Below the pieces are notes generated by a model that worked only from the letters and a program-made list of their open reading frames with translations, did no database searches and had not been told where the DNA came from. From assembly GCA_026389455.1 (NCBI GenBank), contig JAPLHV010000157.1, positions 10,786 through 74,785 of the forward strand: DNA of 64,000 nucleotides, given 5' to 3'. Numbering within the stretch: the first letter of the stretch is position 1; each line of letters starts with the position of its first letter. The stretch comes from Coprothermobacterota bacterium (GTDB taxonomy: Bacteria > Caldisericota > JANLFM01). A program made the position numbers and the translations under genes. Below are positions 28,815-37,558 of the stretch, piece after piece.

Positions 28815-30259
28815 GCGTGGTCGACCTTTTCGGGCAATCCTTGCAAGTGATCAACATCGGTCTAGAGTCATTCGCCCAGAACCTCCGACAGGAGAGAGTG
28901 CCAGTGGTCCAGATGGACTGGCGGCCGCCGGCGGCTGGGGCGGAGGGAGTAGGGGAGACACCCTTGCGCATTGACCGCAAACAAGCCAACCGGGAAGCCG
29001 TCGACCGCTTGCTGCGCGGGCTGCCCGTCTTGACGGGCGTCTCCACAGCTGGAGCAGTGATCCCCGGGATGCGCAAGGATCTCTTCTTGCATGCCGGACC
29101 TCCCATCAGTTGGGAACGGATGTGCGGACCGATGCGGGGGGCAGTGATCGGTGGGATCCTCTTCGAAGGGCTGGCGGCGAGCGAGGAAGATGCCGAGCAA
29201 CTGGCCGCCTCCGGGGCGATAGCCTTCGAGCCCTGCCATGAACACGACGCTGTGGGACCGATGGCAGGCGTTACCACCTGGAGCATGCCGGTATGGGTGG
29301 TAGAGAACCGCACCTTCGGCAACCGCGCCTACTGCACCTTGAACGAGGGACTTGGAAAGGTGTTGCGCTACGGCGCCTACGCTCCTCCGGTCATCGAACA
29401 TTTGCGCTGGATGGCGGAGGAGTTGGGACCGGTCTTGGCTTTGACGATGGAGCGTCATGGGCCGTTGGACCTACGCGCGCTGATCGCTCAGGCCCTGCAG
29501 ATGGGCGATGAAGGTCACAATCGAAGTCGTGCCGGCACCTCTCTACTGATCCGCGAATTGGCGCCCGAGTTGGTTCGCCTGAAAGTGAAGCGAAAGAAAC
29601 TATCTGAAGTTCTCCGCTTTCTTCATAGCAACGACCATACCTTTCTCAATCTTTCCATGCCTTCGGCCAAGTGCATGCTGGATGCAGCCAACGGTGTGGA
29701 GGGCAGCTCGATGTTGGTGACTATGACCCGCAATGGCACGGATTTCGGCATTCGGCTGGCCGGCCTCCCCGAGCGCTGGTTCACCGCGCCAGCCAACTTG
29801 GTGCGCGGCCTCTATTTTCCCGGATACAGCGAATCGGACGCGGCCCTTGACATCGGCGACTCAGCCATCACCGAGACAGCCGGGCTGGGGGGGTTCGCCA
29901 TGGCCGCTGCTCCTGCCATCGTCCAATTCGTCGGCGGAACCCCGCAGGATGCTCTGCGCCTGACCCAGGAGATGTATGAAATCACCTTGGCGGAAAGCCA
30001 GAGCTGGCAGATCCCTAACCTCGGCTTCCGTGGAACGCCCAGCGGGATCGACCTCTTCCGTGTGCTGACCAGCGGCATCCTTCCATCCATCAATACGGGC
30101 ATCGCCCATAAAGATCCAGGCGTGGGAATGATCGGGGCCGGTCTCGTACAGCCGCCCTGGAACTGTTTTCAGTCTGCCTACCAGGCTTACGTGCAGCAGT
30201 ACGCCGCTACTCTTAGCGGAAATGGAGATAACCAACGAATCAAGGAGGAGAAACAATGA
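28811..30259 (+). CDS. DUF1116 protein (YahG-type, with N-terminal VINIGL..DWRPP segment)
   Basis: LHAGPP, MGDEGHNR, RNGTDFGI, DIGDSAITE, INTGIAH. Confidence 0.88.
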   Translation: MSVVDLFGQSLQVINIGLESFAQNLRQERVPVVQMDWRPPAAGAEGVGETPLRIDRKQANREAVDRLLRGLPVLTGVSTAGAVIPGMRKDLFLHAGPPISWERMCGPMRGAVIGGILFEGLAASEEDAEQLAASGAIAFEPCHEHDAVGPMAGVTTWSMPVWVVENRTFGNRAYCTLNEGLGKVLRYGAYAPPVIEHLRWMAEELGPVLALTMERHGPLDLRALIAQALQMGDEGHNRSRAGTSLLIRELAPELVRLKVKRKKLSEVLRFLHSNDHTFLNLSMPSAKCMLDAANGVEGSSMLVTMTRNGTDFGIRLAGLPERWFTAPANLVRGLYFPGYSESDAALDIGDSAITETAGLGGFAMAAAPAIVQFVGGTPQDALRLTQEMYEITLAESQSWQIPNLGFRGTPSGIDLFRVLTSGILPSINTGIAHKDPGVGMIGAGLVQPPWNCFQSAYQAYVQQYAATLSGNGDNQRIKEEKQ

Positions 30260-31128
30260 AGCTGATTGACCTGACTATTCCTTTCGGCATTGCCACCCCG
30301 CCCTGGCCGACCTATGAGCCGCTGCAGTTGAAGTATTTTAAACGGTTGGCGCCCAACGGCGCCAACGGGCAACTGCTGACCACATCCAACCACGTCGGCA
30401 CTCACCTCGACGGGGAGATTCACTTCTACACACCGGGAAAAGACATCGCCTCGCTCTCCCTCGATTTCCTGGTCCATGAGGGAGCGGTCGTAGACCTTTC
30501 CGATTGCACGACTGACTACGACATCTACACTTCAAAACAGGTGGAGGAACGGGTAGAGGTCCGTGAAGGAGATATCTTGATCATTCACACCGGCTTCCAC
30601 CATTACGGCTGGGATCAACCCACGGCCAACGAGGTCCGTTACATGGTGCAGCACCCAGGCCCGGATGTGGAGTTCGTGGAGTGGGCAAAAGCCAAGAAGC
30701 TGCGTTGGATCGGGGTGGATTGCGGAAGCGCCGACCATCCCATGAATACCATCATCCGCAATTGGATGCCTGTTCAAGCCAAGGAGGCAGACGCTTTTTT
30801 CCGCCAGAAGTTCGGCGTCTCTCTGGAGGAGCGCTTTTCCCCGGATAAGTATCAGATGATGCACACACGGCTTTTCAGCCAAGGCATTATCCACGCCGAA
30901 TGCGTGGCCGGCGACATCGATCTGCTGCTCAACCAGCGGGCCATTATCGGATGTTTCCCCTGGCGTTTCGTGGACGGTGAATCCAGCATCAGTCGGATTG
31001 TGGCGATGGTCGAGGATGGACGTTACGAAGAATTGATGAAGAAGAAGGCGATGGCCTCGCTGACTCGCTTCGGCGACGTGGCAGGCGCCAGGAACCCCTG
31101 GATCCACGAACAGGCGCGAAAAAAGTAG
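30256..31128 (+). CDS. Cyclase family hydrolase
   Basis: NHVGTHLDGEIHF, GVDCGSADHP. Confidence 0.85.
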   Translation: MKLIDLTIPFGIATPPWPTYEPLQLKYFKRLAPNGANGQLLTTSNHVGTHLDGEIHFYTPGKDIASLSLDFLVHEGAVVDLSDCTTDYDIYTSKQVEERVEVREGDILIIHTGFHHYGWDQPTANEVRYMVQHPGPDVEFVEWAKAKKLRWIGVDCGSADHPMNTIIRNWMPVQAKEADAFFRQKFGVSLEERFSPDKYQMMHTRLFSQGIIHAECVAGDIDLLLNQRAIIGCFPWRFVDGESSISRIVAMVEDGRYEELMKKKAMASLTRFGDVAGARNPWIHEQARKK

Positions 31129-31219
31129 AGAGTCTCTTCCGTTTTGATCAAAGCGATGAGGGCGCCGGAAAGGGCGTCCTTGTTGTTATTCCGCAGATCA
31201 GAAGAATGCCAGAAAAACC

Positions 31220-31248
31220 TTGCCAGGGAAGAAAACATCTCGTATAAT
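31220..31248 (+). promoter_or_regulatory. Sigma70-type promoter of the recombinase gene
   Basis: TTGCCA-17 bp-TATAAT. Confidence 0.75.
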
Positions 31249-31253
31249 TTCTT

Positions 31254-31281
31254 ATGTCGGATAAGTGCCATTATCCGACAT
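31254..31281. other. dif-like Xer recombination site (11-6-11 perfect palindrome)
   Basis: ATGTCGGATAA-GTGCCA-TTATCCGACAT; extra half-site TTATCCGACATAA at 31297-31309. Confidence 0.75.
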
Positions 31282-31354
31282 TAACTTAAGATGATATTAT
31301 CCGACATAAAGTGTACTCTCTCTCGATGAAGCAACAAAAAAAGCGGCCTTAAAA

Positions 31355-32320
31355 GTGGAGATAGAATCAGGAAACCTCGTCCAAGGTTGGGTGCGCGAGT
31401 TCCTCGAGCATCTGGAGATCGAGAAGAACTACTCGCAGTTGACGCTCCTGACCTACGGCAAACTGCTTCATCGCTTCACCGGTTGGTTGAATGAACGGCA
31501 ACTTGTCACAAAAGACGCCGCTGAGTTGGATCTAGAGACGATTCGGCAGTATCGCCTCTACCTTGCCCGCCTTCGCACGGATCAAGGCAAACCGCTGAAG
31601 AAAGTGACCCAAGCCTACCATGTCATTGCCCTGCGCTCCTTATTGCGCTTCCTGATCACTCAGAAACGGCTCTCAGTACTGTCTCCCGAGTTAGTGGAGC
31701 TTCCCAAGCTACCCCAGCGATCGGTAAACTTTCTCTCGATTGAGCAAATCGAAGATCTGCTGAAAATGCCGGACATTGTCTCGATCAGCGGTTTGCGCGA
31801 CCGAGCGATGATGGAAACACTTTTCAGCACAGGGTTGAGAGTCTCCGAGTTAGTCTCGTTGAACTGTGAACAGGTCAACTTGGATCGTCGAGAGTTCGGC
31901 GTGGTGGGAAAGGGTGGAAAGGCGCGAGTGGTCTTTCTATCTCAAGAAGCAGTTTTCTGGTTGAGACAGTATTTGGAGAAGCGCAATGACGAGTGCCACC
32001 CCCTCTTCATCAGTCACAGCGAGCGAGGGAAGCAAAGCCTCGACCGCCGTCTGACCGCTCGCTCGGTGGAGCGGCTGGTGCGAGCCTACGGCCAACGCGC
32101 ACGCTTACCTTTCGAGATCAAACCACACACCTTGCGTCATTCTTTCGCCACCGACTTGCTTTTTGCCGGGGCAGACATCCGTTCGGTTCAGGAAATGCTA
32201 GGACACGCCAGCATTCGTACTACTCAGGTGTACACGCATGTCACTGATCGCCAACTTCGTGATGTCCATCGCGCCTTTCACGGACATTCTCGCAGTGACT
32301 CTTCGGAGCAAGATAAATGA
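31355..32320 (+). CDS. Xer-family tyrosine recombinase
   Basis: Intact catalytic set: STGLRVSE, GKGGKAR, HTLRHSFAT, LGH, TQVYTHV; N-terminal EKNYS..T..Y. Confidence 0.93.
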   Translation: MEIESGNLVQGWVREFLEHLEIEKNYSQLTLLTYGKLLHRFTGWLNERQLVTKDAAELDLETIRQYRLYLARLRTDQGKPLKKVTQAYHVIALRSLLRFLITQKRLSVLSPELVELPKLPQRSVNFLSIEQIEDLLKMPDIVSISGLRDRAMMETLFSTGLRVSELVSLNCEQVNLDRREFGVVGKGGKARVVFLSQEAVFWLRQYLEKRNDECHPLFISHSERGKQSLDRRLTARSVERLVRAYGQRARLPFEIKPHTLRHSFATDLLFAGADIRSVQEMLGHASIRTTQVYTHVTDRQLRDVHRAFHGHSRSDSSEQDK

Positions 32321-32325
32321 TTACG

Positions 32326-32476
32326 GTTCCTTTTCATTTCAAGTGGGCATCCTACCAGCCTGCGGCAGCATGTCTTCTCCTGCCGCAGGCTGTTTAGTCC
32401 AGCTTCCCTGTAAATAGCCCCCGGCAGGGTGTTCATGGCGATGATGGTCTTTGAAGAGTCTTGTCGGCCCTGGGAT
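32326..32476 (+). repeat. ~150-bp dispersed repeat, copy 2
   Basis: Matches 21301-21450, with the 11-bp hairpin loop inverted. Confidence 0.9.
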
Positions 32477-32552
32477 AGTCCCAGGGATAGTCAAGCCCTT
32501 TTGCTCTTGAGGTCTCACCGACCCCGATCTGGTTTGCGCCGGAATGGTCCTC

Positions 32553-32577
32553 GTAGGGGCGGGTTTGAAACCCGCCC
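32553..32577 (+). repeat. GTAG-type REP palindrome
   Basis: GTAG followed by GGGCGGGTTTGAAACCCGCCC. Confidence 0.75.
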
Positions 32578-32616
32578 ACGCACGAGCTGTCTCGGCATAG
32601 TGATGACTCATTCTCC

Positions 32617-32703
32617 AGAACACCCTGCCGGGGACTCCTAGGGGCGACGTATGCGTCGCCCCTAGGAGGGCTATCGAGCTGCCGCAAGTTGACTTGTTGT
32701 CGC
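32617..32703 (+). repeat. Family A/B element interrupted by a 34-bp palindrome
   Basis: AGAACACCCTGCCGGGGA [CTCCTAGGGGCGACGTATGCGTCGCCCCTAGGAG] GGCTATCGAGCTGCCGCAAGTTGACTTGTTGTCG. Confidence 0.8.
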
Positions 32704-32772
32704 TTACCCACCATATCTTATCCCTTCCGGAAGGCGAAACGAGGCTCTCAGGGGCCTTCTCGCGCGAATTCC

Positions 32773-33681
32773 TTACAGCCCTTGCTGCCAGCCGTTTTCC
32801 AAGCCATGCTCCTCTAAGCAGCGAGAAGCGGAAGCGTATTCCTCGATCGAGATCGATCGGCGAAGCAAAGGATGTTCGCTGGCAAGGTAGGCAGGGAAAT
32901 ATTGAGCCATTACACTCAGGCTAGTCGTGGGAGAAAGTTCTTCGGCAATGAAACGAAAGGTCTCCTGCGTTCCCGCCAACCCACCCGGCAAGACAAGATG
33001 ACGGATGATCAAACCTCGCTTGGCGATCCCCTCATCATCTATCTGCAGCTCCCCCACTTGCCGAACCATCTCGCGCACTGCCTCCCTGTTGCGCGCAACA
33101 TAATCCCCTACTCCGGAAAGCTGGAAGGCCACGCGCTCGTCGGCGTATCGCATATCCGGCAAGTAGATATCGATGATGCCATCCAACAAAGCCAAGGTTT
33201 CCAAAGCATCATAGCCGGAGGTGTTATAGACGAAAGGGAGGCGAAAGCCCTGGGGGATGGCTAAGAGAAGAGCTTCCAGGATTTGTGGGACAACATGGCT
33301 GGGAGTGACTAAGTTTACGTTGTGACAGCCTCGATGCGCTAGATCCAGCATGATCTTGGCCAGTCCCTCGGCGGTGACGGTGCGGCCGTGCCCAATCTGG
33401 CTGATCGGGTAATTCTGGCAATAAATGCAACGCATATTGCAGTTTGTGAAGAATATCGTTCCTGATCCGCGAGACCCTGATAAAGGCGGCTCCTCGCCAT
33501 GGTGTGCGTTGAAAGAGGAGACTTGAGCGATGCATCCGGTATGGCAGGCGCCGATCTCCAGGGTGCGGTCTACTCCGCAACGGCGCGGGCAGAGGGTGCA
33601 TTTCCTTAATGTTCTCAGCCCCTCCCCTACTCTCTCCTCCAATTCACCGCTTTGATACAGCCTTAAATAGGATGGTTCCAT
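32773..33681 (-). CDS. Radical SAM protein, PflX-like
   Basis: CTLCPRRCGV, HHGEEP, CNMRCIYCQN, IIRHLVLP. Confidence 0.88.
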   Translation of the reverse strand: MEPSYLRLYQSGELEERVGEGLRTLRKCTLCPRRCGVDRTLEIGACHTGCIAQVSSFNAHHGEEPPLSGSRGSGTIFFTNCNMRCIYCQNYPISQIGHGRTVTAEGLAKIMLDLAHRGCHNVNLVTPSHVVPQILEALLLAIPQGFRLPFVYNTSGYDALETLALLDGIIDIYLPDMRYADERVAFQLSGVGDYVARNREAVREMVRQVGELQIDDEGIAKRGLIIRHLVLPGGLAGTQETFRFIAEELSPTTSLSVMAQYFPAYLASEHPLLRRSISIEEYASASRCLEEHGLENGWQQGL

Positions 33682-33685
33682 AGCT

Positions 33686-33721
33686 AAAGAGGCGCCCTGA
33701 CGAGAGTCAGGGCGCCTCTTT
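33686..33721. terminator. Intrinsic terminator, possibly bidirectional
   Basis: AAAGAGGCGCCCTGAC-GAGA-GTCAGGGCGCCTCTTT downstream of csp. Confidence 0.8.
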
Positions 33722-33795
33722 GTTTCTTTTTCTTCATGTCTCTCGGAGGCAGATGGAATCAGGACTTTGGGCGACCGAGAATCGAGAAAGGGTTG

Positions 33796-33999
33796 TTACT
33801 GAATCCGTTGGACGTTGGCTGCTTGAGGCCCCTTGGGTCCGTCAACGATATCGAAGCTCACCTGATCGCCTTCTTCGAGGGACTTGTAGCCACCGGCGTC
33901 AATCGCCGAATAGTGAACAAATACATCCTTATCGCCTTCTACTGCGATGAACCCAAACCCCTTCTGGGCGTTGAACCACTTCACTTTACCTTCGGTCAT
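33796..33999 (-). CDS. Cold-shock protein
   Basis: [22 protein letters not shown]. Confidence 0.97.
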   Translation of the reverse strand: MTEGKVKWFNAQKGFGFIAVEGDKDVFVHYSAIDAGGYKSLEEGDQVSFDIVDGPKGPQAANVQRIQ

Positions 34000-34136
34000 T
34001 CAAAATCCTCCAATATCTTACTAAAAATTCTCCTTTTAGGAGATAAGAAACTTTAAGGCAGATGAAAACAAATGTCAAGCCCTACGCGCAGCCCAGCGCA
34101 CTCGTTTCCCCTCCGTTATCGAGTAATCAGGAAGAC

Positions 34137-35327
34137 CTAGGGCAGCTCGGAGGGCATCTCGGCTAATATCAGAGAAAGGGTAAGGGTTTGACCATCTCGC
34201 AAGACGGTGAGGGTGATCGAATCCCCGACCTGCTTTTGCTGCACGATCTGGCGCAAATTCTCCATCTTGGTGATGGGTGTGCCGTCAATGGCCCGGATCA
34301 CGTCGTTCTGGCGAAGACCAACCTTCGAAGCGGGGCTGTTGGCGACCACTTCCTGAATGATCACGCCGGCCGTATCCGGTAGCTTCAAAGAAGCGGCCAT
34401 CTCTTCGTTGACTTTGCTGTAGGTGATCCCAATCCACGGTTTGATAGCGCGCCCATATTGAAGGATGTCGCTAAGGATGCTCTTGGCGGTGTTGATGTCC
34501 ACCGCAAAACCGATCCCTTGGGCGGAGCTGAGGATGGCCGTGTTGATGCCGATTACTTCACCATGGATATTGATCAAGGCGCCGCCGGAGTTTCCCGGGT
34601 TGATGGCTGCGTCGGTTTGGATCAAATCTTGTAGAGGCCTCCCGGTCTCAGGCGAGCTTATGGTCCGGCCAAGGGCGCTGACGACGCCGACCGTGACGGT
34701 GTTCTCGTATCCGTATGGGTTCCCAATGGCGATCGCCCATGAGCCGACGCGGAGGTTGGCGGTATCGGCCAGGGTGGCTTGGGGCAGCCCGGTGGCTTCG
34801 ATCCGCACCACGGCGATATCAGATAATGTGTCTTCGCCCAGGACCGAGCCGGAAAAGGATCGCCCGTCGGGAAGGGTGACTCTGATCTCTAAAGCGTTCT
34901 GAATCACGTGATAATTGGTCAGGATAGTGCCGTTGGCGCCGTCCACGATCACCCCGGAGCCTTGCCCTTCCTGCGGCAACGGCTCTTGCGGGCTGTAGAA
35001 ATCGGGAAAACCGAAGGGGTCGGCGGACTGTTGCGCCTGGAACTTGGTGTCAATGAAGACCACTGCCGGAGCCACCTTCTCCACGGCTCGGGTAATCGCG
35101 TCCTGGGTGCTTTCATTGATCCCTTGTGGTTCTGGAGAGGGGGGCTGGGAAGATGGTGTGGCGATCGGTGAGCTGGGCTGGATCAAGGGAGACGGACTGG
35201 AAGCGGTCACATTAGGGGTACTGGGGGAAGAGGGTGAAAAGTAATAGCCCATCCCAGGGCCGGCGCAACCGACCAATAAGAGGACAACCAGCGCGGCGAT
35301 GGGTATAAGCAAAGCGATTCGTTTCAT
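34137..35327 (-). CDS. HtrA/DegP-family serine protease lipoprotein with PDZ domain
   Basis: Lipobox LLVGC, TNYHV, IQTDAAINPGNSGG; AAGGAG RBS. Confidence 0.92.
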   Translation of the reverse strand: MKRIALLIPIAALVVLLLVGCAGPGMGYYFSPSSPSTPNVTASSPSPLIQPSSPIATPSSQPPSPEPQGINESTQDAITRAVEKVAPAVVFIDTKFQAQQSADPFGFPDFYSPQEPLPQEGQGSGVIVDGANGTILTNYHVIQNALEIRVTLPDGRSFSGSVLGEDTLSDIAVVRIEATGLPQATLADTANLRVGSWAIAIGNPYGYENTVTVGVVSALGRTISSPETGRPLQDLIQTDAAINPGNSGGALINIHGEVIGINTAILSSAQGIGFAVDINTAKSILSDILQYGRAIKPWIGITYSKVNEEMAASLKLPDTAGVIIQEVVANSPASKVGLRQNDVIRAIDGTPITKMENLRQIVQQKQVGDSITLTVLRDGQTLTLSLILAEMPSELP

Positions 35328-35399
35328 GCACTCACTCCTTTCTTTACAATTGAGCCTACCGCACACGTATGAATGATGGGATAAGAGTATGTGAAGGAA

Positions 35400-36260
35400 T
35401 TATGAAGATGTCGGATAGGAGATGGCCAAGGCGGCGTATCCGACCACTTGCTCCCTTCCACTGCAGGTTTCCCCCGATGTAGCGTAGCGAAGCAGCTCAA
35501 CCTGGTGAGCCCCAGCCTGCCGAGCTGCCTCGATCAGCAAAATGACGGGGGCAAAACCACACATCGAGATCGGGACCGTGGTCACTCGCTGGTAAAGGAG
35601 GTCGCTATTCAGAGAGAGGATCGCCTCAAGGGCCATCTGATCCAAGCGATGGGCTTGCTCTTCGAAGTGATAGTGGGACAAGTCCGTGGAGGCAATGAAG
35701 ACCGCTTCCCTCTCCTCCTTCAAGCGGATGCCGATCGCTTCACCGACACGCTTTAGAGTGTCCAATTTATATGAAGAGACGCAAAGCGGCAGGAGACGAG
35801 CCTCTGGGTTGAGGTCTTGAAGGAAAGGCAATTGCACCTCTATCGAATGTTCGCGGCGGTGGGCCATGTCGTCTTCCTTCAGCTCGGGGATTTTGGCCAG
35901 GAAGTCGCGACCTTCCTCCTCGGCGATAGGTATCTGCCCGAGGGGGGTCGTCCAGGAGCCACCCGTCATCAGGGAAAAGGGAGCTCCCCTGCCTGTGTGA
36001 TTGGGTCCAGCCAGAAGAGCCCATTTGAACCCATTCTCGGCGAGCCGTTTGTAGGCATGTGCGGCGATCGGCCCCGAGCAGAGAAAGCCGGCATGGGGAA
36101 CCACCAAGCCAAAGAGCTTTCCGCCGGTAGGGTTCGCTTCTAAGGGAAGACGCAACCCAGGACCTAAGGGGTGTCGATAGCACTCCCCGATCAGCCGTGA
36201 CAGAGCGCCAGGCTCTCCAGGGTAAAAGGTTCCGGCAACAACGGGGACACGCACGCTCAC
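35400..36260 (-). CDS. AmmeMemoRadiSam system protein B (MEMO1 family)
   Basis: VAGTFYP, PHAG, GPNHTG, EHSIEVQLPF, STDLSHY, SMCG. Confidence 0.9.
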   Translation of the reverse strand: MSVRVPVVAGTFYPGEPGALSRLIGECYRHPLGPGLRLPLEANPTGGKLFGLVVPHAGFLCSGPIAAHAYKRLAENGFKWALLAGPNHTGRGAPFSLMTGGSWTTPLGQIPIAEEEGRDFLAKIPELKEDDMAHRREHSIEVQLPFLQDLNPEARLLPLCVSSYKLDTLKRVGEAIGIRLKEEREAVFIASTDLSHYHFEEQAHRLDQMALEAILSLNSDLLYQRVTTVPISMCGFAPVILLIEAARQAGAHQVELLRYATSGETCSGREQVVGYAALAISYPTSS

Positions 36261-36272
36261 GGTCAGGCCACC

Positions 36273-37544
36273 TTAGCGGACGACGATTTGCTCTCGAGAC
36301 GGTCCTACCGAAATCACCCGGATAGGAACCTGCAATTGCTCCTCAAGATAGGATACATAAGCTTTGGCAGTAGACGGAAGATCACTCCAAGCATGCGTGC
36401 TGCCCAGCTCCTCTTTCCATCCAGGGAGGGTTTGGTAGAGAGGGGTCAGTCTCTCCAGATCAAGAGCCAAGGCGGGGATCCCCCTCACCATTTGGCCATC
36501 GAGCTGATAGCCCGTGCAAACATGCAGTTCAGGAAGGCCGGAGAGGACATCCAGCTTGGTCAGGACAATCTCGTCGGGCGAGTTGGCAAAAGCGGCCATC
36601 CGCATCATCGGCAGGTCAAACCAGCCGCAGCGACGCGGGCGTCCAGTGGTCGTTCCGTATTCCTTGCCACGCTCGCGGATCGCTGTGCCCAACGTGTCGT
36701 TCAGTTCAGTCGGAAAGGGGCCGGCGCCTACGCGCGTGGCGTACGCTTTGGCGACGCCGATCACTTTGCTGATGCGCCGCGGTCCAACTCCAGAACCCAA
36801 GGAAACCATCCCGGCCGGCGGAGAAGTAGAGGTGACAAATGGGTAGGTGCCGATTTCGTGGTCAAGCAGTGTGCCTTGGGCGCCTTCCATGAGAAGGTTC
36901 TGCCCCTCGGTCAGGGCTCCCTCCAGGAAAGTCATCGTATTGGTGACGAAGGGGCGAATGAACTCGGCGTCAGCGAGGAGTTGTTGGTAAAGGGGCTCCA
37001 ACTGTATGGGTTGGCCTCCATAGACGCGTTCGATCAAGCGGTTCTTTTCCTCCACCGTTTGAGTCAGCAGTTCGCGCAGGTGGTCGGGGTGAAAAAGGTC
37101 GCAGACACGAATCCCTTTTCGCGCCACTTTGTCTGCATAGACAGGGCCGATGCCGCGTCCGGTGGTGCCGATCTTCTCCTGTCCTCGTGACTCTTCCTCC
37201 AGTTGGTCCAGCAGGCGGTGGTAAGGAAGCGCCAAATGGCAGCGGTCGCTGATCAGAAGCTTGGCCAAGGGAGGGCCTGTACGGCGAACCAACTCGTACT
37301 CTTCGCGCAAACTGACAGTGTCGATCACCACGCCATGCGCCACAACACAGGTCTTATCGGCGTAAAGCATGCCGGACGGCAGCAAGTGGAAGCGAAACGT
37401 CACGCCATTGGCAATGACCGTGTGCCCGGCATTGGCCCCTCCATTGAAACGGACCACGATTTGGTGCGATGGCGCAAGATAATCAATGACCCGCCCTTTC
37501 CCCTCGTCCCCCCATCCAAGGCCGACCAGAACAGTCACACTCAC
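36273..37544 (-). CDS. purA: Adenylosuccinate synthetase
   Basis: GWGDEGKG, GGANAGHT, EYGTTTGRPRRCGWFD. Confidence 0.97.
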   Translation of the reverse strand: MSVTVLVGLGWGDEGKGRVIDYLAPSHQIVVRFNGGANAGHTVIANGVTFRFHLLPSGMLYADKTCVVAHGVVIDTVSLREEYELVRRTGPPLAKLLISDRCHLALPYHRLLDQLEEESRGQEKIGTTGRGIGPVYADKVARKGIRVCDLFHPDHLRELLTQTVEEKNRLIERVYGGQPIQLEPLYQQLLADAEFIRPFVTNTMTFLEGALTEGQNLLMEGAQGTLLDHEIGTYPFVTSTSPPAGMVSLGSGVGPRRISKVIGVAKAYATRVGAGPFPTELNDTLGTAIRERGKEYGTTTGRPRRCGWFDLPMMRMAAFANSPDEIVLTKLDVLSGLPELHVCTGYQLDGQMVRGIPALALDLERLTPLYQTLPGWKEELGSTHAWSDLPSTAKAYVSYLEEQLQVPIRVISVGPSREQIVVR

Positions 37545-37558
37545 AGGGGTTCGTCCTT

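Noticed and set aside
31355..32320. Prophage/ICE integrase or integron integrase
   Set aside because: No phage, conjugation or attC-cassette features nearby; size and motifs fit Xer; the nearby tRNA-Pro has no duplicated 3' end in the window
32773..36260. Complete AmmeMemoRadiSam system
   Set aside because: Only the MEMO protein is clear; the radical SAM looks PflX-like and no AMMECR1 gene is in the window
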